Positions 52,382 to 63,402 of a DNA stretch of 64,000 nt are shown one piece after another. Position numbers and translations under genes: made by a program. The notes under the pieces are model-generated. The model saw only the letters and a program-made list of their open reading frames with translations. It was not told where the DNA came from and searched no databases. Source of the stretch: Endomicrobiales bacterium (GTDB lineage: Bacteria; Elusimicrobiota; Endomicrobiia; Endomicrobiales; CAWCFT01); assembly GCA_963794945.1 (NCBI GenBank), contig CAWCFT010000013.1, positions 1-64,000 on the forward strand, written 5' to 3'. Numbering within the stretch: position 1 is the stretch's first letter; every line of letters begins with the position of its first letter.

Positions 52382-53140
52382 ATGTCAGGACATTCTAGAT
52401 GGGCAGGGATAAAACACAAAAAAGCGGCCATAGACGCGAAAAGAGGAAAGGTATTCACAAGAATAATACGAGAAATAGTCGTCGCGGCAAAAGAAGGCGG
52501 CGGAAACCCTGAAAATAACGCGCGCTTGAGAAAAGTAATGGATTTGGCGAAAGAAGCCAATATGCCTATTGATAACGTTAAAAAGGCTGTCCAGCGCGGT
52601 ACCGGAGAAATACCTGGCGCGATATACGAAGAGATAAACTATGAAGGCTACGGGCCTGGCGGTGTCGCGATACTTCTTGAAGCGACAACTGACAACAAGA
52701 ACCGAACGGCTTCGGAAGTTAGGAACATATTTTCAAACCACGGCGGCAACCTCGGCGAGAACGGTTGTGTTTCATGGATGTTTTCCAAGAAAGGTTATAT
52801 GACAGTTGAAAAGGGAAAATTGGACGAAGAAAAGCTTATGACGCTGGCCCTCGATCTCGGGGCTGACGATATTAAAAGCGAAGATGAAGATGTCTTTGAA
52901 GTGATAACGAAACCCGAAGGGTTTGAAAAGGTCAAGAAAGGCCTCGAAGATAACAAGGTGCCTCTGTCCGTAGCCGAGCTGACCTTCCTGCCGCAGACCT
53001 ATATAAAACTTACGGGCAAGCAGGCGAAACAGATGCTCGCCCTGATGGACGAGCTCGAAGCTCATGACGACGTAAAAACAGTCTATTCCAACTTCGATAT
53101 ATCCAAAGAAGACATGGAAAAGATCGAGCAGGAACAGTAA
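52382..53140 (+). CDS. yebC: YebC/PmpR family protein
   Basis: MSGHSRWAGIKHKK; YEGYGPGG; TDNKNRT. Confidence 0.96.
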   Translation: MSGHSRWAGIKHKKAAIDAKRGKVFTRIIREIVVAAKEGGGNPENNARLRKVMDLAKEANMPIDNVKKAVQRGTGEIPGAIYEEINYEGYGPGGVAILLEATTDNKNRTASEVRNIFSNHGGNLGENGCVSWMFSKKGYMTVEKGKLDEEKLMTLALDLGADDIKSEDEDVFEVITKPEGFEKVKKGLEDNKVPLSVAELTFLPQTYIKLTGKQAKQMLALMDELEAHDDVKTVYSNFDISKEDMEKIEQEQ

Positions 53141-53228
53141 AAGAGCATTGAAAATTGAAGATTAAAAATTTGAAAATTCGGCGATTTAATCTTCCAAATC
53201 TTACAATCTTTAATTTTTAATCGAATCT

Positions 53229-53733
53229 ATGATCATCCTTGGTATCGACCCGGGCTTATCACTTTGCGGTTGGGGTCTCGGTGGAGTCCTCCGGAAACGG
53301 CTCGCTGACGATGATGAGCTATGGTTGTATCAAAACCAAACCCACCCAATCACTCACCGAACGGCTTACTAATGTACATCTTGCTATTGTCGGATTGATC
53401 AGGGAAAACCACCCGGAAGAAATGGCCATAGAAGAAATATTTTTTTCAAAAGAGGCCCGCACCGTGGCATCGGTCGGGCAGGCGCGCGGGGCTATCCTTG
53501 TCGCTGCCGGAGTTGAAAGGCTTCCGGTTTATGAGTACAACCCCAGATCGATAAAAATGGCTATGACGGGTTTCGGTTCCGCGGACAAAAACCAGATGCA
53601 GAAAATGGTAAAGACGATACTTCACCTAAAGGATATACCGCAGCCCGATGATGCAGCGGACGCCCTGGCTATCGCCATGTGCCATATAAACACAAAAAAA
53701 ATGAACGGGGTCTTCGCGGGTAACAACAAATGA
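53229..53733 (+). CDS. ruvC: Holliday junction resolvase; apparent extra G near 53280
   Basis: MIILGIDPG; AIEEIFF; QARG; DDAADALA. Confidence 0.93.
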
Positions 53734-54338
53734 TTGAACACATACGCGGCACTGTGGATTCAAAAAGCCTCGAGAGCGTCGTTGTAGACGCGGTCGGAAT
53801 GGGCTACAGGGTCTTTGTTCCGGTCTCGAGCTCGGATAAGATACCGGCTGCCGGAAGAGAAGTCAAGCTCTTTGTGGTAGAATCCACCGCGATGTACGGC
53901 GGGAGCACGACACTGTACGGATTTTTGACGGAAGAAGAGAGGAACATTTTCCTGCTTCTGAAAGAATCTGTACCCGGTGCCGGCGCCAAAAAGGCTATGG
54001 AATACCTGGACAAGATAACAAAATCCCTTCCGGATTTTAGAAGAGTGATATTAGCGAAGGACACATCGTCGCTTACAGGTATTTTCGGTTTTACAAAGAA
54101 GACAGCCGAAAAACTTGTCGCGGCGCTCAAAGATAAGATCGGCGAGATAGCCATATCTGGCAAAGAAAAATGGGTCAAAGAAGAAACCAGTTCCGTTCAG
54201 TCTGAGGCTGTGTCCGGCCTTGTGTCCATAGGCTACCGCGAGAATCAGGCGAGGGATGCTGTCGCTAAGGCACTGGAGAACGGCTCGAGAGAACTCTCGG
54301 TACAGGAAGCGATACTCGAAGCGCTCAAACACCTTTAA
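53730..54338 (+). CDS. ruvA: Holliday junction branch migration protein
   Basis: [24 protein letters not shown]; position between ruvC and ruvB. Confidence 0.93.
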   Translation: MIEHIRGTVDSKSLESVVVDAVGMGYRVFVPVSSSDKIPAAGREVKLFVVESTAMYGGSTTLYGFLTEEERNIFLLLKESVPGAGAKKAMEYLDKITKSLPDFRRVILAKDTSSLTGIFGFTKKTAEKLVAALKDKIGEIAISGKEKWVKEETSSVQSEAVSGLVSIGYRENQARDAVAKALENGSRELSVQEAILEALKHL

Positions 54339-54363
54339 AAGTTTTTTTTATAAAAGGAATATT

Positions 54364-55410
54364 ATGCAAGATAAAGACGCGGAAAACGTGCTGGCAGGAG
54401 TGAAGACACCCGAGGAAGAAAAACTCGAAACAACCCTTCGCCCCCAGAACCTTGATGAATTTATAGGGCAGAAAAAACTCAAGGAGAACCTCAAGGTCTT
54501 TATAGAGGCGGCCAAGAAACGCAAGCAGCCGCTGGACCACTGTCTTTTCTATGCTCCGCCGGGGCTCGGCAAGACCACACTCGCTAATATTATAGCCAGA
54601 GAGATGGGTGTCAACATGCGTGCAACCTCGGGCCCGGTGCTTGAACGCGTAGGCGACCTGGCAGCCATACTTACCAGCCTCTCGGAAGGCGACGTATTCT
54701 TTATAGACGAGATACACCGCATGAACCACCTTGTTGAGGAATCTCTTTACCCGGTGATGGAAGATTTCGAGTTGGACATTATAATCGGGCAGGGGCCGTC
54801 CGCGAAGACCATTAAACTGCCGGTGCCGAAATTCACGCTGATTGGCGCCACCACACGCGCAGGACTTCTCTCGGGCCCGATGCGCGACCGTTTCGGTATA
54901 ATCGAACACCTCAATTTCTATTCTCCGGAAGAACTCGAACTGATAGTGAAACGCTCCAGCAAGATATTGAAAATAGAGATCGACAATGAAGGCGTCAGCG
55001 AGATAGCCCGCCGTTCGCGCGGAACGCCGAGGATAGTAAACAGGCTGCTCCGGCGCGTGAGGGATTTTGCCGAGGTGCGCTCTGACGGAAAAATCACAAA
55101 AGAATCTGCGAAAACTTCGCTCGACGCGCTCGAAGTAGACAGTGCTGGGCTCGACGGCATGGATAGGATGATACTGCGTACAATAGCGGACAAGTTCTCT
55201 GGCGGACCGGTCGGCATCGATACCATCGCCGCCGCGGTCTCTGAAGAAGTCGATACGATCACGGACGTCTACGAACCCTTCTTGATACAGTCAGGTTTTC
55301 TTTCGCGTACGCCGAGGGGCAGGGTGGTAACGCCGAACGGCTACGCGCAGATAGGCATGAGGCCGCCGGGCGGGCCCGCCGGAAAAGACCTGTTAGGCGA
55401 GAGCCTTTAG
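54364..55410 (+). CDS. ruvB: Holliday junction DNA helicase
   Basis: [39 protein letters not shown]. Confidence 0.97.
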   Translation: MQDKDAENVLAGVKTPEEEKLETTLRPQNLDEFIGQKKLKENLKVFIEAAKKRKQPLDHCLFYAPPGLGKTTLANIIAREMGVNMRATSGPVLERVGDLAAILTSLSEGDVFFIDEIHRMNHLVEESLYPVMEDFELDIIIGQGPSAKTIKLPVPKFTLIGATTRAGLLSGPMRDRFGIIEHLNFYSPEELELIVKRSSKILKIEIDNEGVSEIARRSRGTPRIVNRLLRRVRDFAEVRSDGKITKESAKTSLDALEVDSAGLDGMDRMILRTIADKFSGGPVGIDTIAAAVSEEVDTITDVYEPFLIQSGFLSRTPRGRVVTPNGYAQIGMRPPGGPAGKDLLGESL

Positions 55411-55419
55411 CAGCAGAAC

Positions 55420-56289
55420 ATGGAACATGTAAATTTTTTAAAATTCAGCGAAAGCGTCAATTTTCTTTCAAACCCGCATCCGCTTTTTAAGGTCGGGGCG
55501 AGCCTTTCTCCTTACGCAGGCTGCTCGATGGGCTGCGTATACTGCCCGTTCGGGTTCGAGAGGAAGATAGGCGTAAAGACAGATTTTCTTCATAACCTCA
55601 ACAGAAAACTCTCTAACGCGGCTGGGGAGATACACCTTGGACTCGGAGCGAGCTGCGAGCCGTACTGCGAACAGGAAAAAGAATTCAATATAACCCGCAA
55701 CTCGGTGGAGTTGATATCGAAGCACGATTTTCCTCTGCAGATATTTACGAAATCTTCACTGGTCCTGCGGGACTTAGACCTGCTGCGCGGACATTCTGAA
55801 AAAGGCCTCCTAGCGGTAAGCGTTTCTCTTATGGCAACGGATGACAAGCTCTCCGAGATATTCGAACCATTTGTGATACCTTCCGGCGAAAGGGTGTCAT
55901 TGATAAAAGAACTTTCAAAAAACGATATTTTCACCGGGGCAGTCCTTGCCCCGATAATCCCTTACATCACGGATTCGGAAGAACAGCTTGACGGCGTGTT
56001 CGAGAAGGTAAAACGCGCGGGCGGGCAATATGTGCTGCCTTCGGTACTCTGCGCAGGATCACCAGCGGCGTTCAATAACCTTAAAGAAACTATTCTGGAG
56101 CGATTTCCTAACATATTCCACAGGATAGACACGATATATGAAAACTCCAGGCTCCCGGTGGTTACGTACACGGGAAGAATGAACGACCTGCTTGAAAAAC
56201 TAAGCCGGAAGCACGGACTTCCTCTCAATATCCCCACTGAAAAAGAAGAGAACCTTCCCCAGGGTATACGGCAGGAACTGCTGAAATGA
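55420..56289 (+). CDS. SplB/Rv2578c-like radical SAM protein
   Basis: SPYAGCSMGCVYC; CEPY; FTKS; APIIPYITD. Confidence 0.8.
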   Translation: MEHVNFLKFSESVNFLSNPHPLFKVGASLSPYAGCSMGCVYCPFGFERKIGVKTDFLHNLNRKLSNAAGEIHLGLGASCEPYCEQEKEFNITRNSVELISKHDFPLQIFTKSSLVLRDLDLLRGHSEKGLLAVSVSLMATDDKLSEIFEPFVIPSGERVSLIKELSKNDIFTGAVLAPIIPYITDSEEQLDGVFEKVKRAGGQYVLPSVLCAGSPAAFNNLKETILERFPNIFHRIDTIYENSRLPVVTYTGRMNDLLEKLSRKHGLPLNIPTEKEENLPQGIRQELLK

Positions 56290-56933
56290 AAAATGGCCTG
56301 CTATTGCACAACTGCTGCGCGCCTTGTTCCGTGAGTGCGGTCAGAAACCTTAAAGCCGAGTTCGACCTGCAGGGCTTCTGGTTTAACCCGAACATACATC
56401 CGGCCGAAGAGAACATTAAACGCAGGGATTCAGTTGCGGCGCTCGCGGCAAAAAATAATTTCGCGCTTAATTTCGGTCCGGAATACAGCGAAGCCCGGTG
56501 GACAGAGACCGCCTGTATGCCCGGGACAGACAGGTGCAGGTTCTGCTATTCGCTGAGGATGAAAGAAACTGCAAAAAAGGCAAAGTCGCTTGGTTTGGAG
56601 CTTTTCACGACATCGCTGCTTTCGAGCCCGTACCAGAAGCACGATATGATAAAAGAGACTGCTGCCGAGGCTGCGCGTTCGGAAGGTGTGCAATTTTATT
56701 ACAGGGACTTCAGGCCTTTCTATTATGAAGGCAGGAACGAAGCCAGGTCGCTCGGTTTCTACATGCAGAAATACTGCGGCTGCAGATTTTCTAAAAAAGA
56801 AAGGGAAGCAGAGAAGGAACTAAAGAGCCGGGCAGTAAACCCCGTTAGAGATACATCAACGGGGTTGTCAGGTAAGAGTGCCGATAAGAAAAACAAACTT
56901 AGTATTACTATCTCTAACGGGGTAAAGAAATAG
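56286..56933 (+). CDS. queH: Epoxyqueuosine reductase QueH
   Basis: LLLHNCCAPCS; NPNIHP; CRFCY; SPYQ; YMQKYCGC. Confidence 0.9.
   Translation: MKNGLLLHNCCAPCSVSAVRNLKAEFDLQGFWFNPNIHPAEENIKRRDSVAALAAKNNFALNFGPEYSEARWTETACMPGTDRCRFCYSLRMKETAKKAKSLGLELFTTSLLSSPYQKHDMIKETAAEAARSEGVQFYYRDFRPFYYEGRNEARSLGFYMQKYCGCRFSKKEREAEKELKSRAVNPVRDTSTGLSGKSADKKNKLSITISNGVKK
56839..56923. repeat. 85-bp palindromic element with 15-bp perfect terminal inverted repeats, within the queH 3' end
   Basis: accccgttagagata (56839-56853) ... tatctctaacggggt (56909-56923). Confidence 0.85.
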
Positions 56934-56944
56934 CCGGGAATAAG

Positions 56945-57160
56945 ATGGTTCAGTTAGGAAAAATACTTGTAGTTTTAGGAGCGTTCCTTGTGGCCGCAGG
57001 GCTCTTGTTCATTTTCGGAGCGAGAGTGCCGTTCCTGGGCAAACTGCCGGGCGACATTTTGATAAAAAAGGAAAATTTTACTTTTTACTTTCCGCTGACC
57101 ACGTCGATATTGCTAAGCGTTGTGCTGTCACTGTTGTTCCGGATATTCAGGCATAAATAA
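56945..57160 (+). CDS. DUF2905-family small membrane protein
   Basis: LGKLPGDI...FYFPLTTSILLS. Confidence 0.88.
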   Translation: MVQLGKILVVLGAFLVAAGLLFIFGARVPFLGKLPGDILIKKENFTFYFPLTTSILLSVVLSLLFRIFRHK

Positions 57161-58318
57161 ATGAAAAAAATTATCGCTCATTGTCTGTTCGTAGTCATTA
57201 TTCTCTCTTCTCTGGGCGCCATGCCCGGCTATACCCGAAGGCTCCCTGAAACTATCATAAGGGTCGGGATTCTGGTCGGAGCGAAATCATTTAACCTCAG
57301 CTGTGAGAGCGCGTACTCGCTTTACGACACGGCTTCGGACAGTCAGAAAGATATTAAGCCTCAGGATGATTACCTGGTAAAGACGAACGGGAAGGCCATA
57401 TTGCTAAAAGGTGAAAAGTACGGCCCTTCCGTGAGGCTCGCTTCGAAAGAGAACGGTAGTTTCATCAGGATCAACGGCAGAAGATATAAAGACAGCATTT
57501 TGATAATAATAAAAAATAAGAAGCTGACAGTAGTCAACGAGCTTGGCCTGGAGGATTACATCTGCGGCATACTCCCAAAGGAAGTGAACCCGGACTGGCC
57601 GGCGGACGCCCTCAAAGCGCAGGCTGTAATTTCAAGGACATACGTTCTTAAGAACCTGAGAAAACACGAGAAGCAGGGTTTTGACATATGCACAGAGACC
57701 CACTGCCAGGTGTACGGCGGGGTGGAATCCGAAGACCCTCGCACCAATGCCGCGGTGGAAGCCACTCGCGGTGATGTGCTTGTCTACAAAGGAGAGCTTG
57801 CCCAGTCGCTTTTTCACGCCTCCTGCGGTGGCCACACTGAGAACCCTAACTGCGTATGGACATGGGAGGCAGCGGCCCCTGAATACTTGAAGGGTGTAAA
57901 AGATGATTTCTGCAGCAACAGCCCGCACCAAAACTGGAAAAACAGTATAAGCGGGGAAACAGTAAGGGTAAAGCTCGCGAAGTCCGGCTATGCCACCGGC
58001 AAAATATCAAAGATAACTATGTCCGGCCACGATGATTCCGGCAGGCCCGAGAAACTGAAGATAAGGGGTTCAAAGGGCACCATTTCTATAACGCCCGCAA
58101 AGTTCAGGATGGCTGTAGACCCGTGGCTGGTAAAGAGCGCTTTCATAACCGATATCGGTGTCCATGGAAAGGACATAGTTATAGAAGGCAAAGGCTGGGG
58201 CCACGGCGTAGGAATGTGCCAGTGGGGTGCGAAAGAGATGGGCGGCAAAGGTTACGACTACAAAAAGATACTTGAGTTCTATTACCCCGGAACTAGCGTT
58301 GAGAAATGGGAAGAATGA
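57161..58318 (+). CDS. SpoIID/LytB domain protein
   Basis: LEDYICGILPKE; ALKAQAVISRTY; CQVYGG; GWGHGVGMCQWGA. Confidence 0.92.
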   Translation: MKKIIAHCLFVVIILSSLGAMPGYTRRLPETIIRVGILVGAKSFNLSCESAYSLYDTASDSQKDIKPQDDYLVKTNGKAILLKGEKYGPSVRLASKENGSFIRINGRRYKDSILIIIKNKKLTVVNELGLEDYICGILPKEVNPDWPADALKAQAVISRTYVLKNLRKHEKQGFDICTETHCQVYGGVESEDPRTNAAVEATRGDVLVYKGELAQSLFHASCGGHTENPNCVWTWEAAAPEYLKGVKDDFCSNSPHQNWKNSISGETVRVKLAKSGYATGKISKITMSGHDDSGRPEKLKIRGSKGTISITPAKFRMAVDPWLVKSAFITDIGVHGKDIVIEGKGWGHGVGMCQWGAKEMGGKGYDYKKILEFYYPGTSVEKWEE

Positions 58319-58386
58319 TTAACCCAGCGCTAAGGGATAAGTGGTAAGCTGTAAGAAAATCAAAATAATCCACAGCATGTAAATAA

Positions 58387-59115
58387 ATGAACACAATATT
58401 TTATTCTATTTCTATATCATTGTTTGACAGCTTGTCGACCACTCAGCAGATAATAGTTTTCATACTGCTGCTTACGACCGCGAAACCGCTGAGGAACTCT
58501 CTGAGCTACCTCGCGGGGCTTATGGGTGCGTATTTTGCCTGCGGTATCGCAGGATACATGACGCTGGGCCAACTGCGCGATTTTCTCGGAAAATATTTCC
58601 CATCTTCTGCAAATCTTCCCAATATTCAATATTATCAATCGGAATTTATTATGGGAATAATAATGATAGCTATCGGTGTCTGGTATTTCCGCAGGAAAAA
58701 ACCGGCGGGGCAAAGCCGCACAGAAAATATGATACTTTCAAAACTGCGGACAATGAACAGTTTGTTTGCCTTCGGTATAGGTATATTTATTTCGGTGACA
58801 TCGTTCCCATTTTCCATACCGTACCTGATCGCGCTTGGCAAATATTCGACGCTTCACCTCTCGCTTGCCGCGGCGGCCGGGTATGTGCTTCTTTACAACT
58901 TTGGCTACGCGTTGCCTATGATCCTTATTTTCTTCATTTACCTTATCGCCCTGCACGGCGTCGAAGACAGCCACGACACACTGCACGAAAAAGCGAAAAT
59001 GCTTAACCTCCACCTAACCACATGGACGTTCGCAGGTTTCGGGCTCTTTTCTATTGTGGACGCTGGCTGCTACTTTACAATAGGCCACGCGCTGATAAAA
59101 GGCAGGTACTTCTAA
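58387..59115 (+). CDS. GAP/Sap-like (LysE-superfamily) membrane protein
   Basis: DSLS near the N-terminus; FSIPY; YNFGYALP; about 6 TM segments. Confidence 0.65.
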   Translation: MNTIFYSISISLFDSLSTTQQIIVFILLLTTAKPLRNSLSYLAGLMGAYFACGIAGYMTLGQLRDFLGKYFPSSANLPNIQYYQSEFIMGIIMIAIGVWYFRRKKPAGQSRTENMILSKLRTMNSLFAFGIGIFISVTSFPFSIPYLIALGKYSTLHLSLAAAAGYVLLYNFGYALPMILIFFIYLIALHGVEDSHDTLHEKAKMLNLHLTTWTFAGFGLFSIVDAGCYFTIGHALIKGRYF

Positions 59116-59202
59116 CACATATTCAAAATTTAAGATTTGATGATTTAAGATTAAAAAAGATCTTAATGTTCAAATTTTCAATCTTCAATTTTCAATTAAT
59201 CT

Positions 59203-60264
59203 ATGAACGAATTGAACATTTCATCTTACGAGTACGAGCTACCTAAAGAACTAATAGCCCAGAGGCCTCTTGATAAAAGGGACACATCAAGGCTTCTCGT
59301 TCTTGATAGATCGAGCGGCTCCGTGCGGCATAAAAAATACACGGACATTATCGATTACTTAAACCCCGGGGACTGCCTTGTTCTTAACCGCACAAAAGTA
59401 GTGCCGGCTCGCCTGTTTGGAAAAAAAGAAACCGGCGGCAAGGTTGAAGCGCTGTTCTTGAACCCGGTAGAACTTAAAGAAGGCGGGGCCGGAAGGGCTC
59501 TTTTAAAGCCGTTCATGGAGATAGACAAAAAAATACTTTTTCATGGCGGGCTTACCGCGACAGTGGAATCTAAAACCGAAAGAGGCGAAACCGTACTCAG
59601 GCTCGATGGCGCTGACCCGCAGAAAACGCTTCTGGAGTTCGGCAAGATGCCACTTCCTCCGTACATCAAGAGGCCGGGTGAGGGCGACGGGCTTGTATCG
59701 TTCGACAGGGAGCACTACCAAACTGTTTACGCGGAAGAGAACGGCTCGATAGCCGCGCCGACAGCAGGGCTGCATTTTACTCCCGATCTGATAAACAAGA
59801 TAACCGAAAAAGGGATAAGAATAGCCAAGGTTGTACTGCACGTTGGATGGGGGACGTTCAAACCGCTTATTTCTGAAGATATATCTAAACACGTGATGCT
59901 TCCCGAGAGCTACGAGTTGTCACACGAAACGGCCGAGACACTTAACATCTGTAAAAAGAGCGGTGGCAAAGTAATCGCGGTCGGAACAACCAGCGTCCGC
60001 GCCCTTGAAAGCGCCGCGCTTTCTGAGGATTTCGAAACTAGCGGGTTTAAATCTGTGAAAGCAGAAACATCGATATTTATCTATCCGGGACACAAGTTCA
60101 AAGCTATAGACCGGATGGCAACCAATTTTCACCTGCCTCACTCTACGCCGCTAGTCATGGCCTGTGCCCTTGCTGGAAGAGAAAAGATTTTCAGGGCCTA
60201 CGCGGAAGCGATAAAAGAAAAATACAGGTTCTTTTCCTACGGCGATGCAATGCTGATTATTTAA
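59203..60264 (+). CDS. queA: S-adenosylmethionine:tRNA ribosyltransferase-isomerase
   Basis: LIAQRP; PLPPYI; AAPTAGLHF; VGTTSVR; TNFHLP; FSYGDA. Confidence 0.97.
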   Translation: MNELNISSYEYELPKELIAQRPLDKRDTSRLLVLDRSSGSVRHKKYTDIIDYLNPGDCLVLNRTKVVPARLFGKKETGGKVEALFLNPVELKEGGAGRALLKPFMEIDKKILFHGGLTATVESKTERGETVLRLDGADPQKTLLEFGKMPLPPYIKRPGEGDGLVSFDREHYQTVYAEENGSIAAPTAGLHFTPDLINKITEKGIRIAKVVLHVGWGTFKPLISEDISKHVMLPESYELSHETAETLNICKKSGGKVIAVGTTSVRALESAALSEDFETSGFKSVKAETSIFIYPGHKFKAIDRMATNFHLPHSTPLVMACALAGREKIFRAYAEAIKEKYRFFSYGDAMLII

Positions 60265-60423
60265 ATCAATTCAGATATCAAACATCAAAGATCAAAATTT
60301 AGGAGTTTGCCTGCGGCAAACTTATTTTGAATATATCGCTAAAGGCGACACAATAAATTTTAATATTTTATTTTTGATATTTGATGAGATGTATTTGATT
60401 TGGTATAATCAAACGGTAAATTT

Positions 60424-61092
60424 ATGGGAAAAACAATAACATTTGAACAAGTAGTGAACAATCCGTTAGCCGAAACTTTCCTTAAAACGGCCGATGCGAA
60501 TTTTGCGGCTATTGGTTTTAAGGAACACGGCCTGCGCCACGCACATCTGACGGCGGATATCGCGGGTAATGTTCTCAAGTTCCTCGGCTACCCGGAACGC
60601 GACGCGGAACTCGCTAAGATCGCGGGCTACCTGCACGATGTCGGTAATGCCATCTGCCAGACGGATCACGGACAGAACGGCGGTATCATGGCGCTTGATA
60701 TCCTTGAAAAGATGGGCATGCCTTACAAAGAGATATTTCCGGTGATAGAAGCTATAGGAAGCCACGAAGACAAATCCGCGGACACTCCATCCGCGATATG
60801 CGCGGCTGTTATACTTGCCGACAAAACAGACGTGAACCACGCGCGGGTGCGCTCGGATGATCTCGCTTCTCTTGATACTCACGCAAGGGTCAACTATGCA
60901 TGCCAAAGGGCTTTCCTTCGGGTATCCAAAGAAACCATGACGGTATCGCTTGAGCTGACCATAGACACGAAGATCTGTCCCATAATGGATTATTTTGAGA
61001 TATTCATGACAAGGATAAAGTTCTGCAGGAAAGCTAGCCGCGCTCTCAACTGTGTGTTCGAACTCTACATAAATAAAGACAAGTTCATATAA
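60424..61092 (+). CDS. HD-domain phosphohydrolase
   Basis: EHGLRH; YLHDVGN; ILADK. Confidence 0.85.
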   Translation: MGKTITFEQVVNNPLAETFLKTADANFAAIGFKEHGLRHAHLTADIAGNVLKFLGYPERDAELAKIAGYLHDVGNAICQTDHGQNGGIMALDILEKMGMPYKEIFPVIEAIGSHEDKSADTPSAICAAVILADKTDVNHARVRSDDLASLDTHARVNYACQRAFLRVSKETMTVSLELTIDTKICPIMDYFEIFMTRIKFCRKASRALNCVFELYINKDKFI

Positions 61093-61185
61093 CGGCAGGA
61101 CTAAGGGATAAGTAGTAAGCGGTAAGTTTAAGACCAAAATCATTTCAAACCGGCCAGCCAGTCGTATTAAAATAGGACGGAAACA

Positions 61186-62331
61186 ATGTCTAAATCTCCT
61201 TTTGAAGTAATAAAAAATTCTTCTGAATGCGCGGCCCGCTTGGGTAAACTTACAGCTGCGCGCGGCGTAATCAACACACCCATCTTCATGCCTGTTGGCA
61301 CTCAGGGCACTGTTAAAGCGATCTCCAACGAAGAGCTCGAACAGTCCGGTGCCGAAATAATCCTCTCAAACTCATATCATCTCTACTTGCGTCCCGGCAC
61401 CGAGACCATCGAAAAAGCCGCCGGAGGCATAAACCGTTTTATCGGCTGGAAAAAGCCCATGCTTACCGATTCGGGCGGCTTCCAGATATTCAGCCTTGCT
61501 ACCCTAAGAAGGATAGACACCGAAGGAGTTGAGTTCCAATCTCATATAGACGGATCCAAACACTTCTTTACACCCAAGAGCTCAATGGAGATACAAAAAA
61601 AGATAGGCGCGGACATCATAATGTGCTTTGATGAATGCTCGCCTTACCCGTGCACTCACGAGTACGCGGCGCGTTCCATGCGTATGAGCGTGGAGTGGGC
61701 GAGGCGCTGCAAAGAAGCCTTTGAGATACCAGGGCCTGAATACAGCCGCGGCCAGCTTTTATTCGGCATTATCCAGGGTTCGGTGTACAACGACCTGCGC
61801 AAGGAAAGCATTGAAAAGACAATTGCGATAGGTTTCCCGGGCTATGCCCTGGGTGGGTTAAGCGTTGGAGAGCAGAAAGAAGAAATGATCTCCGTGCTTG
61901 ACGCCGCAAAAGAACTTTTGCCAAAGGATAAGCCCAGATACCTTATGGGTGTTGGAATGCCTGAAGACATATGGGAAGCTGTTGAGCGGGGCATAGACAT
62001 GTTCGACTGCGTTCTTCCTACGAGAAACGGCAGGAACGGACAGGCATTTACCAGCATCGGCAAGGTCAACATTAAGAACGCTGAATACGTTAGGGATTTC
62101 GGCCCGCTCGACCCGGATTGTTCCTGCCCGACCTGCAAAGGCTATTCAAGGGCTTACCTTAACTTTCTATTCCGGGCCCAGGAGCTGTTGGTACTTCGGC
62201 TTTTATCTTTACATAATATTTATTTTTTGATAAAATTACTGGAACTTATAAGGAAATCCATCGAATCAGATTCGTTTATCAAGTCAAAAAGAGAATTTTT
62301 CAGCAAGTATAACTCAGGCAGGAACATATGA
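61186..62331 (+). CDS. tgt: tRNA-guanine transglycosylase
   Basis: TPIFMPVGT; TDSGGFQ; GIIQG; DMFDCVLPTR; CSCPTC. Confidence 0.97.
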   Translation: MSKSPFEVIKNSSECAARLGKLTAARGVINTPIFMPVGTQGTVKAISNEELEQSGAEIILSNSYHLYLRPGTETIEKAAGGINRFIGWKKPMLTDSGGFQIFSLATLRRIDTEGVEFQSHIDGSKHFFTPKSSMEIQKKIGADIIMCFDECSPYPCTHEYAARSMRMSVEWARRCKEAFEIPGPEYSRGQLLFGIIQGSVYNDLRKESIEKTIAIGFPGYALGGLSVGEQKEEMISVLDAAKELLPKDKPRYLMGVGMPEDIWEAVERGIDMFDCVLPTRNGRNGQAFTSIGKVNIKNAEYVRDFGPLDPDCSCPTCKGYSRAYLNFLFRAQELLVLRLLSLHNIYFLIKLLELIRKSIESDSFIKSKREFFSKYNSGRNI

Positions 62332-63402
62332 AAACCAGAGCACTTCTGACAGTCGCGTCTATAGTATTTTTTGGTTCGCTGTGTATCGCGGCCTCAAAAA
62401 AAATCGCAAGACCTTGATATAATACGCGCGGGCCTTAAAGATACCAGCAGCGAGATACGAGAGCTCTCTGCCCGTTCGCTGGGTGAAGTAGGAGATAAGG
62501 GTTCTGTTACGTCGTTAAAAGAAATGCTTTTGGATCCCAGTGATTCACTGAAAATAACCGCCGCCGTGGCTCTTTCAAAACTTGGCGACAGGTCGGGGCT
62601 TGCTGAGGTGCGGAAAATACTTAAGACCGCGCCGAAGCTCTCGGAAAACCCTAAACCCTATGAGAGGGTCAGGGCAATGGCTAAAGGAACGGTGCGCGCC
62701 CAGGCTGCGCGCGAACTCGGGAACCTTAAAGATAAAGAGTCAATGCCGCTGCTGAACTCTATGATAGAAGACGAGGATGGCCGCGTGGCAGATGCTTCCC
62801 TTATAGCCCTCGCGAAGATGGGTGATAGTTCCGGTGTTAAGCAATTTATTTCGGCTCTTGAGAGCACGAAACAGGAAGTAAGGGCGAAGGCGGCCGAAGC
62901 TCTCGGCGACATTGGCGACCAAAGCGCCGTAGAGCCGCTCAGGAAAAGGCTCAAAGACTGGGACAAGAACGCCAAGGCCGCGGCGGTGCTCGCGCTGGGT
63001 AAATTAAAAGACAAAACCAGCACGCCGGCCATAAAAGAACTTCTCTGGGATAAGGAAGACGTTGTAAAAGAAAAGGCCGCTGAGGCTCTTGGATATATGG
63101 GCAACACGGATGTAACGCCCGCGCTAAGAGAGCTTTTGAAAGACAAGAACGGTTTTGTGCGTTTCGCCGCGGTGGAAGCGCTTTACAGGCTTGGCGAGGA
63201 TTCCGACAAGGAATTCATACTTTCAGCGCTCAAGGCCGATGAGAAAGACGCTAAACTCCGGGCGCTAAGCATACTGGAGAAGACCGCGACCGCGAAAGAC
63301 ATCCCGGCCCTTGAACCCCTTACTTCTAATGCTGATAAGGAAGTATCTATAACGGCCGCGAAAGTTATAGTCTTAGCCCAATCAAGAGAAAAAACGAAAT
63401 AG
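62328..63402 (+). CDS. Exported HEAT-repeat protein; apparent frameshift near 62400
   Basis: Signal peptide from ATG 62328; VRxxAAxALG repeats. Confidence 0.82.

Noticed and set aside
55420..56289. Counting this rSAM as part of the supercluster
   Set aside because: It is a different, SplB-like family in housekeeping context 35 kb away.
15769..63402. About 15 frameshifted genes read as pseudogenes or programmed frameshifts
   Set aside because: They include hisS, ruvC and PBP1A. Motifs are intact on both sides of each break and several breaks sit in homopolymers, which fits sequencing or assembly indels better. Read mapping would settle it.
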